Assembly (NCBI GenBank): GCA_045586685.1
Contig: JAZNAU010000030.1
Location: forward strand, 1 to 29,570
Direction: 5' to 3'
DNA length: 29,570 bases
Origin: Clostridia bacterium
GTDB lineage: Bacteria > Bacillota > Clostridia > HGM11514
A program made the position numbers and the translations under genes. The notes under the pieces are model-generated. The model worked only from the letters and a program-made list of their open reading frames with translations, did not search any database and was not told where the DNA came from. This document shows positions 10,156 to 18,802 of the stretch, in pieces (the first letter of the stretch is position 1; each line of letters opens with the position of its first letter).

Positions 10156-11289
10156 CTATCTCTTTATCATTCTCAAAGCAGGTACCACCTCATGCAACAC
10201 CTTCACGCACTCCTCTGCTTGTTGAGGTGTATTGTCTCCCGAAAAGCTGAAACGAATGGCACTGTCGATTCTCTCTCGGGACAGTCCCATTGCCGTTAAC
10301 ACATGGCTGGGACTGGGCTTATGGGATGCACAAGCGGAACCGCTGGACACAAATATTCCCTTGTCCTCCAAAAAATGAAGAAGGGTTTCGGAACGAATTC
10401 CCAAAAAGGAAATATTTAAAATATGAGAACAGCCGTCCTCCGGACTGTTTTCTGTCACATCAGGCAAGCTCAAAATTCCCTGACGCAGGGTCTCCTTCAC
10501 TTGTTTCATTTGCTCCAAGCGGGTTTGTTGTTCTGCAAGCATCTTTTTGACCGCCACACCAAAGCCTGCAATGGCAGGGGTGTTTTCCGTGCCTGAACGG
10601 ATGCCCCGTTCCTGACCTCCGCCGAATACATGGTTGGCCATTCTGACCCCTTTTCGTAAATATAATGTTCCGACCCCTTTTGTTCCATGGATTTTATGGG
10701 CACTGAAAAAGGCTCCGTCGCACCACGAGGCACGAAACTCCTCCTTGCAATATCCTTGCACACAATCCACCAAAAAGAGGGTGTCGGGATTTTTTCTGCG
10801 GATCACCGCTCCCATTTCTCGGATAGGCAACACCGAGCCCACCTCGTTGTTCACAAGCATGGCGGTTACCAACACGGTGTCCTCACGGATGCTGTCCGAC
10901 AACTCATTAAGAGAAATCTGTCCTTGGGAATCTACAGTTAAATAGGTCACCTCGTATCCCCGACTTTCCAAGGCTTCATAGGAACGAAGGACGCAAGGAT
11001 GCTCCATTTTTGTAGTAATGATATGCCGTCCCCGCTTAGCGCCCGTAATACCGAAAATACCAATGTTTGCTCCTTCCGTTCCCCCTGAGGTAAACAGAAT
11101 TTCCTCCGCCTTTGCTCCAATGGAGGAGGCAATCGTCCGTCTTGTCTCGGTAAGTATTTTTTCGGCTCTGCTCCCCCTGGTATGAAGGGAAGAGGGATTT
11201 CCGTAATTTTCATACGCCTCTTTTGCCACACACTCACATACTTCCTCAAAAGGGCGAGTGGTAGCACTGTTATCAAAATAGATTTCCAT
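10156..11289 (-). CDS. Cysteine desulfurase (IscS/NifZ type, likely ThiI sulfur donor)
   Basis: YFDNSATT, SAHKIHG (PLP lysine), SSGSAC; adjacent to thiI as in Bacillus nifZ-thiI. Confidence 0.93.
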   Translation of the reverse strand: MEIYFDNSATTRPFEEVCECVAKEAYENYGNPSSLHTRGSRAEKILTETRRTIASSIGAKAEEILFTSGGTEGANIGIFGITGAKRGRHIITTKMEHPCVLRSYEALESRGYEVTYLTVDSQGQISLNELSDSIREDTVLVTAMLVNNEVGSVLPIREMGAVIRRKNPDTLFLVDCVQGYCKEEFRASWCDGAFFSAHKIHGTKGVGTLYLRKGVRMANHVFGGGQERGIRSGTENTPAIAGFGVAVKKMLAEQQTRLEQMKQVKETLRQGILSLPDVTENSPEDGCSHILNISFLGIRSETLLHFLEDKGIFVSSGSACASHKPSPSHVLTAMGLSRERIDSAIRFSFSGDNTPQQAEECVKVLHEVVPALRMIKR

Positions 11290-11313
11290 AAATATCTCCT
11301 TTGGTGCAACACA

Positions 11314-12252
11314 CTATTGTTTCATCGTTTTTTGAATCAGGTAATCAGTATAGATGTCCCCTCCCCGCAGATTCAAATGCTGGTTATCCGATATTTTATC
11401 CTCAATAAAGGTTTCACGAGACAGTCCCAATTCTTCATATTCTTCTTTGGACAACACAAGCACACCGCCCGTTGCCTTAGTAACCTCGCCCAGAAAGGAA
11501 CCAAAATTGATTCGCTCCGTAAATTCGTCCAACCAGGGAATCAGAAGAAAAACGATTGTCACCCCTTTTTCTTCTCCCAATGCTTTCATTTTTTCAATGG
11601 CACGAACATCTGCCTCCCGAAGAAGAATGGGGGAGTCGTCCTGTTCCCAATTTATAATTCCCTCATATTGCTCCTGGCTCATGACAGTATCGATCCCCGA
11701 AAACCCGTATTCATAAGGACTTTTGGGGTGTTTGTTTTCTATGTTGGTTTTCATATTCTCAAAATCTTTCCAGTTGCTGTGCTCCCGAATGAGAGGAAAC
11801 AATCCGTCAATTAAGCGGGTATCAGAAAAAGCCTCCCGTACAAGCTTAACCTTGGTAAAGGACAGACGCATACAGTCTAAATTGGTGTAATTGGTTTCGG
11901 TAAATTCCTTGTAAGCCCCGTACAAATCCACATACACCGTTTCAGGCTTCTGATATTTCAAAGCCTCTTCCATACAATAATAGGTTTCGGTTAAGGTCTG
12001 CATCCCTGAGCTTATGAGCACTGCCTTTTTCCCCGTTTTTTCCTGAATCCGCATAGGGTTAATCCCGCAGTACACATGGGAACTGCCCAAAAAAAGATAG
12101 GAGATGGAATTTTGATTTTGATAAATATCCTGCCATACCCGATTTTGCCGTACATCCACAAAGGGAATCAATCCGCTTAGATACTGAAAAATCCACACGA
12201 AAAGCACACAAAAGCACAGCAAAGATATACAGGCGTTCCGCCATTTTTTCAT
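11314..12252 (-). CDS. Membrane-anchored SGNH-like protein, probable extracytoplasmic partner of the MBOAT
   Basis: N-terminal TM helix, FLGSSH block I and DNQHLN block V; start ATG 12252 behind GGAGGA. Confidence 0.65.
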   Translation of the reverse strand: MKKWRNACISLLCFCVLFVWIFQYLSGLIPFVDVRQNRVWQDIYQNQNSISYLFLGSSHVYCGINPMRIQEKTGKKAVLISSGMQTLTETYYCMEEALKYQKPETVYVDLYGAYKEFTETNYTNLDCMRLSFTKVKLVREAFSDTRLIDGLFPLIREHSNWKDFENMKTNIENKHPKSPYEYGFSGIDTVMSQEQYEGIINWEQDDSPILLREADVRAIEKMKALGEEKGVTIVFLLIPWLDEFTERINFGSFLGEVTKATGGVLVLSKEEYEELGLSRETFIEDKISDNQHLNLRGGDIYTDYLIQKTMKQ

Positions 12253-12260
12253 AGCTCCTC

Positions 12261-13706
12261 CTAAAATTGAAAATAGATAAACTGGGTCACTGTATTGGCA
12301 CCGTACACACCAAAAATCACACAAATAAACAACAGTAATAATAACACAAGCCACCGCCAAGGTGCAAACCATTTGACAGAAGAAAGAAGGATTCGTTCCC
12401 CTCCTGGTTCAATACCGAATAACAACACAATACTCACAACTGCCACAATCAGCTCCGCCCCCGTAAGACCGCATTGATACAGTTGACTGTCGCTGTTTCC
12501 TATCAATGCACCAAGGTTCGAATAGCTTGTCATATTATGAAAGACGGTAAGAGCGTGCTCCATGGTTTGTGCACGGAACAACACCCATGCCATACATACA
12601 AATGAAAACGTCACAAGCCAACCCAATCCTTTCACCAAAGGATTTCGGCTTTTTTTCTTTCTTCCAAATACAATCCGATGCCCCGCCACCATTACGCCGT
12701 GGCAAAAGCCCCATAACAAATAGGTCAAGCCCGCCCCGTGCCATACACCGCTGGCGGTAAAGGTAACCAAGATATTCCAAAAGTACCGCCATTTAGATAC
12801 GCGGTTTCCTCCAAGAGGAATATAGATGTAGTCCCGAAGCCAGGTGGACAGGGAAATGTGCCATCTGTCCCAGAACTCCTTAATGGAAGTGGCATGGTAC
12901 GGACGGTCAAAGTTGGTCATCAGCTTAAAGCCCATAATACGGGCAAGTCCAATGGCAATATCGCAATATCCTGAAAAGTCACAATAAATCTGCACTGCAA
13001 AAAAGAGGGTAGCAAGGAGAGTCACCCATCCGCCAAACCCATCGGGAGCGGAATACACCGCATCAACAAAAATGGCAAGCCTGTCCGCAACCACCACCTT
13101 TTTAAAGTACCCCCACAGCACCCGCACAATATTACATCGGAAGGTTGCTATGCGGAATTTGTGTTTTTGCTTAAATTGAGGCAGTAAATTCTGTGCCCGC
13201 TCAATGGGTCCCGCCACCAGTTGAGGGAAAAAGCTGACATACAGAGCAAAATAAATAAAATTTTTCTCGTGGTTCATCTTCCCCCAATATACATCAATCA
13301 AATATCCCGTCAGCTGAAAGGTAAAAAAGGAAATCCCCACAGGAAGCATCCAGTTCAATTTCAAAGGTTGAACCGATATTCCGATTTTCCCTAATAAATC
13401 CGCCGAAATTTGGGCGGTATAGTCAAAATATTTAAACAAAAACAGGGACCCAAAGGCGAGAAGCAGTCCCGTTATCAGATATGCTTTTTTCCGTTCCTGC
13501 CGATTGGTTTTCTCTATCCCTGCGGACAACACAAAAATAAGTGCCGTAAAGCCGATTAACAGCCCTAAATACGCCACATTCCAGCTCATATAAAAAACCC
13601 AGCTTGCCACCAGTAAAAAGGACGGTCTGCCCTTTTGGGGCAACAGAAAATACACCGGTATCACCAGTGCAATAAACAATAAAAATGTTACTGAATTAAA
13701 TAACAT
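12261..13706 (-). CDS. MBOAT family O-acyltransferase (AlgI/PatA/DltB-like)
   Basis: PVGISFFTFQ, FFPQLVAGPIER, FWDRWHISLS, SGVWHGA; start MLFNS at 13706. Confidence 0.93.
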   Translation of the reverse strand: MLFNSVTFLLFIALVIPVYFLLPQKGRPSFLLVASWVFYMSWNVAYLGLLIGFTALIFVLSAGIEKTNRQERKKAYLITGLLLAFGSLFLFKYFDYTAQISADLLGKIGISVQPLKLNWMLPVGISFFTFQLTGYLIDVYWGKMNHEKNFIYFALYVSFFPQLVAGPIERAQNLLPQFKQKHKFRIATFRCNIVRVLWGYFKKVVVADRLAIFVDAVYSAPDGFGGWVTLLATLFFAVQIYCDFSGYCDIAIGLARIMGFKLMTNFDRPYHATSIKEFWDRWHISLSTWLRDYIYIPLGGNRVSKWRYFWNILVTFTASGVWHGAGLTYLLWGFCHGVMVAGHRIVFGRKKKSRNPLVKGLGWLVTFSFVCMAWVLFRAQTMEHALTVFHNMTSYSNLGALIGNSDSQLYQCGLTGAELIVAVVSIVLLFGIEPGGERILLSSVKWFAPWRWLVLLLLLFICVIFGVYGANTVTQFIYFQF

Positions 13707-13890
13707 GAGTATTCTCCGTTTGATAATCCGTTTTTTTCTTAATAATTGCTTTTGCAATTATTATACCACAAAGGATAATTTGTGTCAATGGAAATGACAC
13801 TTGCCTTTCACCAAATCATCCCAACTCATAGCAACTTTTCCGTGCTATAATAAAATTATAGACAAAACCATTTGAAAAAGGAGAACCGCT

Positions 13891-14646
13891 ATGAACTACA
13901 TTACCGAACAGCTTTGTTTTTTGCGATTTATCAGAAGCCACAAGTTATCGTCAGGAGAAATTGCTCTCTGGCACGCATTGTTCGGTGCGTCAAACACCCA
14001 AGGCTTAGGACATGATTTTTCCATATCCAACAAATCATTACAAGTGGATTGCGGATTGGGGGACACTCGTTTTAAAGAAGCAAAAAAAGGACTTGTCAAG
14101 GCAGGTCTTTTAATTTGTCTTTCAAACTCTGCCAACAAGATGAGCACCTATCGTCTGGTTAGTCTGGAAGAAATGATGAACCATCAAATTGATTCCAAAA
14201 ATTTTTTACCTCAATCAGAAAGCGACCCTCCCTCCGACTGCAACAGCGACCCCATGAGCGACCCTATGAGCGACCCTATGAGCGACCCCAAGAGCGACCC
14301 TATGAGCGACCCCCATTATATAAATAAAAATAAAAATATAAAACAAGAAGAAAAGAGAGAGGGGTTCGGCCCTTTTGAAAATGTGATGCTTACAGAACGG
14401 GAACTGAAACAGCTTCACTCCCTCATTCCCAATACAGATCACTTCATCCGCCGTTTGAGCTTTTATCTTGAAAGCACAGGAAAGCAGTATCGCAATCATT
14501 ACGCCACTCTTCTTTCATGGGCAGAGGAAGACAAAGAAAAAAAGACACCCGTTCAAACAGAAACCGAAGCTCTGGAGGATGCAATCGGTTTGGCTCTTAT
14601 CAAAAAATACAGGTCGGAAATTACATCAAAACAGTTGACAAACTGA
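13891..14646 (+). CDS. Phage-type replication initiator / DnaD-like protein (N-terminal winged helix, repeat linker, C-terminal helical domain)
   Basis: LSSGEIALWHAL...SISNKSL...LVKAGLL resembles a DnaD N-terminal wHTH; FENVMLTERE...GKQYRNHYATLLSW resembles C-termini of Firmicute phage replisome organisers; AAGGAG RBS; TGCTATAAT at 13843-13851. Confidence 0.7.
   Translation: MNYITEQLCFLRFIRSHKLSSGEIALWHALFGASNTQGLGHDFSISNKSLQVDCGLGDTRFKEAKKGLVKAGLLICLSNSANKMSTYRLVSLEEMMNHQIDSKNFLPQSESDPPSDCNSDPMSDPMSDPMSDPKSDPMSDPHYINKNKNIKQEEKREGFGPFENVMLTERELKQLHSLIPNTDHFIRRLSFYLESTGKQYRNHYATLLSWAEEDKEKKTPVQTETEALEDAIGLALIKKYRSEITSKQLTN
14221..14316 (+). repeat. Eight in-frame 12-bp tandem units (consensus AGCGACCCYATG; second unit degenerate), iteron-like
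   Basis: Read directly; encodes SDPx repeats; followed by a nearly pure A/T tract at 14315-14343. Confidence 0.95.
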
Positions 14647-14663
14647 GCAAATTATGATAACAT
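14635..14663 (+). promoter_or_regulatory. SigA-type promoter of the hemolysin III family gene
   Basis: TTGACA-17 bp-TAACAT with TG extension. Confidence 0.55.
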
Positions 14664-14695
14664 AGTATTTAATACTAGATGAGGGAGTTTTGAAT

Positions 14696-15340
14696 ATGAA
14701 GAAAAAAGAGAAAGCCTGTCGAATTCAGACCGTTGGCGAAGAAATTGCTAATGCCATTTCTCATGGCGTGGGGGCATTATTGGGCATTGCGGCAATGGTT
14801 CTTCTTTTGGTAAAGGGCGAAGGCGGACTGGAATTGACTGCAGCTGCGCTTTACGGCTCTTTCATGATTATTTTATATTTATGCTCCTGTCTTTATCACG
14901 CACTTTCCAGAACAGGGGCAAGAAATGTGTTTCGCATTTTTGACCATTGTTCCATTTTTCTTTTGATTTTAGGTAGCTATCTTCCTATTTCTTTGGTGTT
15001 AATCGGAGGTTGGAAGGGTTGGACGCTGTTTGGCATTAACGCCGCCTGCACGGTGCTGGGAATTGTATTTAATGCCATTGATTTGCACCGATGGGACAGG
15101 CTGTCTCAGATTCTTTATTTAGTGATGGGTTGGTCGGTTGTAGCGGCAATCCGCCCTGTTATACTGGCAGTTCCCAAATCTGGGTTTATTTATTTGGTAG
15201 GAGGAGGTCTTGCCTATACCTTGGGTATTATCTTCTATAAAAAAGGAAAAACCCTTCACTACCTCCACTTTATCTGGCACTTGTTTGTCCTGGCAGGAAG
15301 TGTTCTCCATTTCTTTTTCTTTTATTTTTATTGCTACTAA
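14696..15340 (+). CDS. Hemolysin III / PAQR family membrane protein (TrhA-like)
   Basis: EEIANAISHG, DHCSIFLLILGSY, HFIWHLFVLAGS; about 7 hydrophobic segments. Confidence 0.93.
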   Translation: MKKKEKACRIQTVGEEIANAISHGVGALLGIAAMVLLLVKGEGGLELTAAALYGSFMIILYLCSCLYHALSRTGARNVFRIFDHCSIFLLILGSYLPISLVLIGGWKGWTLFGINAACTVLGIVFNAIDLHRWDRLSQILYLVMGWSVVAAIRPVILAVPKSGFIYLVGGGLAYTLGIIFYKKGKTLHYLHFIWHLFVLAGSVLHFFFFYFYCY

Positions 15341-15341
15341 C

Positions 15342-15392
15342 AAAAGCCTATCCCCCGAGCAGGGAGAGTAAGCCATGAGTAAGAGAGGGACA
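15342..15392 (+). repeat. Third, short copy of the acpP-leader repeat
   Basis: 15342-15381 matches the reverse complement of 3448-3487 with 2 mismatches; ends in GGACA like the other copies. Confidence 0.85.
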
Positions 15393-15446
15393 AACGTTTT
15401 ATGACAAAGTCAGCACACTCTTCTTTGTGAAAAGGAAATTGCAAAA

Positions 15447-15475
15447 AAAGAAAGGGTCATGACAACCCTTTCTTT
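15447..15475. terminator. Bidirectional terminator between convergent genes
   Basis: AAAGAAAGGGT/ACCCTTTCTTT inverted repeat. Confidence 0.75.
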
Positions 15476-15477
15476 AT

Positions 15478-15690
15478 TTATTCCATACAGTTTTTACATA
15501 TATTCCGCTCTTCAAAAGCAGTAAGCCCTTCTTCGCTGTCGCAAAAAATACAAGTGGGATACGCCTTTTTCAACACCAACGTTCCCTTCTGAAAAAGAAC
15601 ATCAATTTCATCTCCTGCGTTAATGTTCATTTTTCTTCTGTACTTGACAGGAATGACAAACCGTCCCAAAGAATCAACTTCGTTTTTCAT
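15478..15690 (-). CDS. AbrB family transition-state regulator (clostridial type with C-terminal CxxC...CxxC)
   Basis: VDSLGRFVIP, CIFC and CKNC motifs; GGAGG RBS before ATG 15690. Confidence 0.88.
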   Translation of the reverse strand: MKNEVDSLGRFVIPVKYRRKMNINAGDEIDVLFQKGTLVLKKAYPTCIFCDSEEGLTAFEERNICKNCME

Positions 15691-15913
15691 CTTGTTCCTC
15701 CAATAAAAAATGTGCCAACCGAAGGCTGACACACGAAAAATGCAAACCCCCGTTGTTACCACACAAACTTTATCAGAATGGAATTTTTCACACACTCATC
15801 AAATGGAATTTGCATTTTTTCCAAATTCTAAAATGAATATGTGAAAAAAAGGAATCATTTCCGTTAAAAAAAATTCCCAAAAAGTTTTCTAATAAAGTTT
15901 ATGTGGTAGATTC

Positions 15914-15942
15914 ATTATAGCATAAAATATTTGATTTGTAAA
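15914..15942 (-). promoter_or_regulatory. SigA-type promoter about 220 nt upstream of the abrB-like gene
   Basis: TTTACA-17 bp-TATAAT with TG extension. Confidence 0.65.
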
Positions 15943-16055
15943 TAAAAAAATGTAAAATAGTTGGAAGAAATTTACAAATAATTGTTATTTTTTAAAATGA
16001 CTGGATTTTTGTTGAAAGTTGTGGTATAATGAAAGAAATGAAAGGAGAATTTGCT

Positions 16056-16598
16056 ATGAATTTGAATTTATCCACTCCAAAACTGGCATTACGAATCTGG
16101 CAATCCCATATGATGATGATTGTGTTTGGGTTTATTGCCTTTTGCACCAATGATTTTACCGAAACCAACAAGATTATTACAGCCCTTGCAACGGTGTTTT
16201 TCTTAGGGATTTATCTTATGTTGTGTTACAACGAAGCAAATCACTGTGCTAAAAACGATGTAAATCAAAAACGTGACGGCGGTGCGTTCAAAGGGTTGAC
16301 GGCAGGGTTACTGGCAACAATGCCTGCTGTGTTGGTGCTCTTTTTGAGCATGCTGATCCCCGTTCCTCCGATTTTAAGCTTTTTTCCCACCTTTCCCGAG
16401 GATTGGTACAGGGTATATATGGTAGTGTATGACGGTTTGTTGTCCTTTACGGGAGCGGGACTTGTGATGAAGCTATGCATTTTACTTCCCTTGCCCCTTA
16501 TGAGCACCCTTGGTTACTGCACGGGACGGAAGAAGAAAAATTTAATGGCAGATTTTGAAAGCGGACTCCGCAAGCTGGTATACCAAAAGAAACAATAA
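16056..16598 (+). CDS. Hypothetical membrane protein (about 4 TM)
   Basis: Hydrophobic segments; AAGGAG RBS before ATG 16056; TGTGGTATAAT at 16020-16030. Confidence 0.75.
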   Translation: MNLNLSTPKLALRIWQSHMMMIVFGFIAFCTNDFTETNKIITALATVFFLGIYLMLCYNEANHCAKNDVNQKRDGGAFKGLTAGLLATMPAVLVLFLSMLIPVPPILSFFPTFPEDWYRVYMVVYDGLLSFTGAGLVMKLCILLPLPLMSTLGYCTGRKKKNLMADFESGLRKLVYQKKQ

Positions 16599-16626
16599 CA
16601 TAATTCCCCCTTGTTTTGCATAAAGT
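16599..16626 (+). promoter_or_regulatory. Putative SigE-type sporulation promoter of cwlD
   Basis: CATAATT...CATAAAGT resembles the SigE consensus; cwlD is SigE-controlled in B. subtilis. Confidence 0.5.
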
Positions 16627-16645
16627 GAAGACAGGGGGTGAATGT

Positions 16646-17359
16646 ATGTTTATCACAGTAAGGCGGTCCAGTATCCTGATGGTGGTACTGATTTTATGTG
16701 TTTCCTTTGGGATTTACGGACTGTATCAAACGGACGGAGAGCAGGTGTTTCAAGCCTCCCATCAAGCGACCATAGTAATTGATGCAGGTCACGGCGGTAT
16801 GGACGGCGGTGCGGTGGGCACAACGGGAGTGCTGGAGAAAAATCTGAACCTTGAAGTTGCCAAGAAGCTGGAAAAGTTAGTGACCGACGGAGGCGGAAAA
16901 GCATTGATGACCCGTGGGGAAGATGTGTCTTTACATACCGATTCGGACACTACCGTTCGGGAACAGAAACGGAGCGATTTGACCTTTCGCCGTTCCTTTG
17001 CATCGGACAGCGGAGCAGACGCCTTTATCAGTATCCACATGAACAAGTTTGAGCAAAGCCAGTACCGAGGTGCTCAGATTTTTTATTCGAAAGATGAAAA
17101 CAGCAAACGGCTGGCGGAGTGTATCAAAAAACAAGTGGTGTCTGTCAGCGAAAAAAGCGAAGGCAGAGAAATCAAGGAAGCCTATGACACCATGTTTATT
17201 TTACAGGAAAACAAAATTCCCTCCGTCATTGTAGAATGCGGATTTTTATCAAACCCCGAGGAGGAGGCGCTGTTAATGTCAGAAGACTATCAGCAACAGA
17301 TAGCGGAAGCTGTTTATCGGGGAGTATGTGAATTTTTACAGGAGAAAACCAAACAATGA
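16646..17359 (+). CDS. cwlD: N-acetylmuramoyl-L-alanine amidase (Amidase_3), CwlD-like
   Basis: N-terminal anchor, IDAGHGGMDGGA, KRSDL, ISIHMN, RGAQIFY, VECGFLSNPEE. Confidence 0.8.
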   Translation: MFITVRRSSILMVVLILCVSFGIYGLYQTDGEQVFQASHQATIVIDAGHGGMDGGAVGTTGVLEKNLNLEVAKKLEKLVTDGGGKALMTRGEDVSLHTDSDTTVREQKRSDLTFRRSFASDSGADAFISIHMNKFEQSQYRGAQIFYSKDENSKRLAECIKKQVVSVSEKSEGREIKEAYDTMFILQENKIPSVIVECGFLSNPEEEALLMSEDYQQQIAEAVYRGVCEFLQEKTKQ

Positions 17360-18702
17360 AAGCAAAAACCAAGTTTGTTTGCAATGAATGCGGATATGAA
17401 ACGGTGAAATGGATGGGAAAATGTCCCGAGTGCGGAAGCTGGAATTCCTTATCGGAATTTGTGGAGCATCCGCCTGTTAGGGGAGGGGGAATCAGCAATC
17501 CTTTTGTTCCCCCCCTCTCCATCCATCAGGTAGAACTTTCCTCGGAGGAACGGCTGTCTACGGGAAGCACCGAGCTTGACCGTGTACTGGGAGGCGGTGC
17601 GGTAAAAGGTTCTCTTATTTTGGTGGGAGGCGACCCCGGAATCGGAAAATCCACCTTGCTGTTACAGGTCTGCAATCATTTGTCCCGTTCCGGTTCGGTG
17701 CTGTATGTTTCGGGAGAGGAATCTCAAAAGCAAATTAAAATGCGTGCTCAAAGGCTGGGTGCATTGGAGCAAAACCTGTTTGTATTATCCGAAACCAACA
17801 CGGCACAAATTCAAAAAGCATTGTCAGAACATTCCTATTCTGCGGTGGTGATTGACTCTATCCAGACCATGTATAACGAGGGCGTTACCTCCGCACCGGG
17901 CAGTGTTTCTCAGGTCAGAGAGGCAACCCTTCTTCTCATGCGGATTGCAAAGGAACAGGGGATTACGGTATTTGTAGTGGGACATGTCACCAAAGAAGGC
18001 TCCCTGGCGGGGCCAAGAGTGCTGGAGCACATGGTGGACTGTGTGCTGTATTTTGAAGGAGACGGAAATCATGCCTTCCGTATTTTGCGAGGCGTTAAAA
18101 ATCGGTTTGGTTCTACCAACGAGTTGGGTGTTTTCAGTATGAATGAAACGGGGCTTTATGATGTTCCCAATCCCTCTTCTCTGTTTTTGGAGGGACGTGA
18201 GGAGGATACAGCAGGCTCTTGCGTGTTTTGTTCCATGGAAGGCTCCCGTCCCATTTTATCAGAAATTCAGGCATTGGTTACGTCCACCGTGTTCGGTCTT
18301 CCCAGACGTGCCGCAAGCGGACTGGACCATAACCGAATGGTGTTACAGGTGGCGGTGCTGGAAAAAAGAGTAGGATTACAGCTCTCCTCCTCGGATATTT
18401 ACATCAATGTAGCGGGGGGACTTCGCTTGGATGAACCTGCCTCAGACCTTGCCATGTGCCTTGCCATTGCCTCCAGTTTTAAAAATAAAACAGGAACGAA
18501 AAAAACGGTTGCCTTCGGCGAAGTAGGACTGACGGGAGAAATCAGAGGAGTCAGCTTTACGGAGCAACGAATCAAAGAAGCAAAAAAACTGGGATTTGAA
18601 CGGTTTATACTCCCCAAAGCCAACGCAAAAAATCTATCCTGTCAAACGGGGGTTTTTGGTGTTTCTGATCTGTCGGAAGCCATTGAAATATTTTTAAATT
18701 AA
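17356..18702 (+). CDS. radA: DNA repair protein RadA/Sms
   Basis: C4 zinc finger, GDPGIGKST, KNRFG, Lon-like C-terminus. Confidence 0.98.
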   Translation: MKAKTKFVCNECGYETVKWMGKCPECGSWNSLSEFVEHPPVRGGGISNPFVPPLSIHQVELSSEERLSTGSTELDRVLGGGAVKGSLILVGGDPGIGKSTLLLQVCNHLSRSGSVLYVSGEESQKQIKMRAQRLGALEQNLFVLSETNTAQIQKALSEHSYSAVVIDSIQTMYNEGVTSAPGSVSQVREATLLLMRIAKEQGITVFVVGHVTKEGSLAGPRVLEHMVDCVLYFEGDGNHAFRILRGVKNRFGSTNELGVFSMNETGLYDVPNPSSLFLEGREEDTAGSCVFCSMEGSRPILSEIQALVTSTVFGLPRRAASGLDHNRMVLQVAVLEKRVGLQLSSSDIYINVAGGLRLDEPASDLAMCLAIASSFKNKTGTKKTVAFGEVGLTGEIRGVSFTEQRIKEAKKLGFERFILPKANAKNLSCQTGVFGVSDLSEAIEIFLN

Positions 18703-18734
18703 CAGAATTGTAATATTTTTTGGAAAATTTTGAA

Positions 18735-18763
18735 TTGACTTTTTGACAAATTTTTGATATAAT
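18735..18763 (+). promoter_or_regulatory. SigA-type promoter of carD
   Basis: TTGACT-17 bp-TATAAT with TG extension. Confidence 0.7.
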
Positions 18764-18802
18764 AAAAATATAGAAACGATATAGTTTCAGGGGGAAATTA
18801 CT

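Noticed and set aside
10085-10165. Heptamer-like repeats (CTATTCA CTATCTC) between the desulfurase gene and thiI
   Set aside because: Only two to three degenerate units in AT-rich DNA; similar to those near the four-helix-bundle gene but too weak to call
14221-14316. CRISPR array
   Set aside because: 12-bp head-to-tail units with no spacers, in frame within a CDS; no cas genes in the window
15740-15815. c-di-GMP-I riboswitch in the abrB-like leader
   Set aside because: GCAAA is present but the GAAA-tetraloop stem and second GCAAA/receptor are missing
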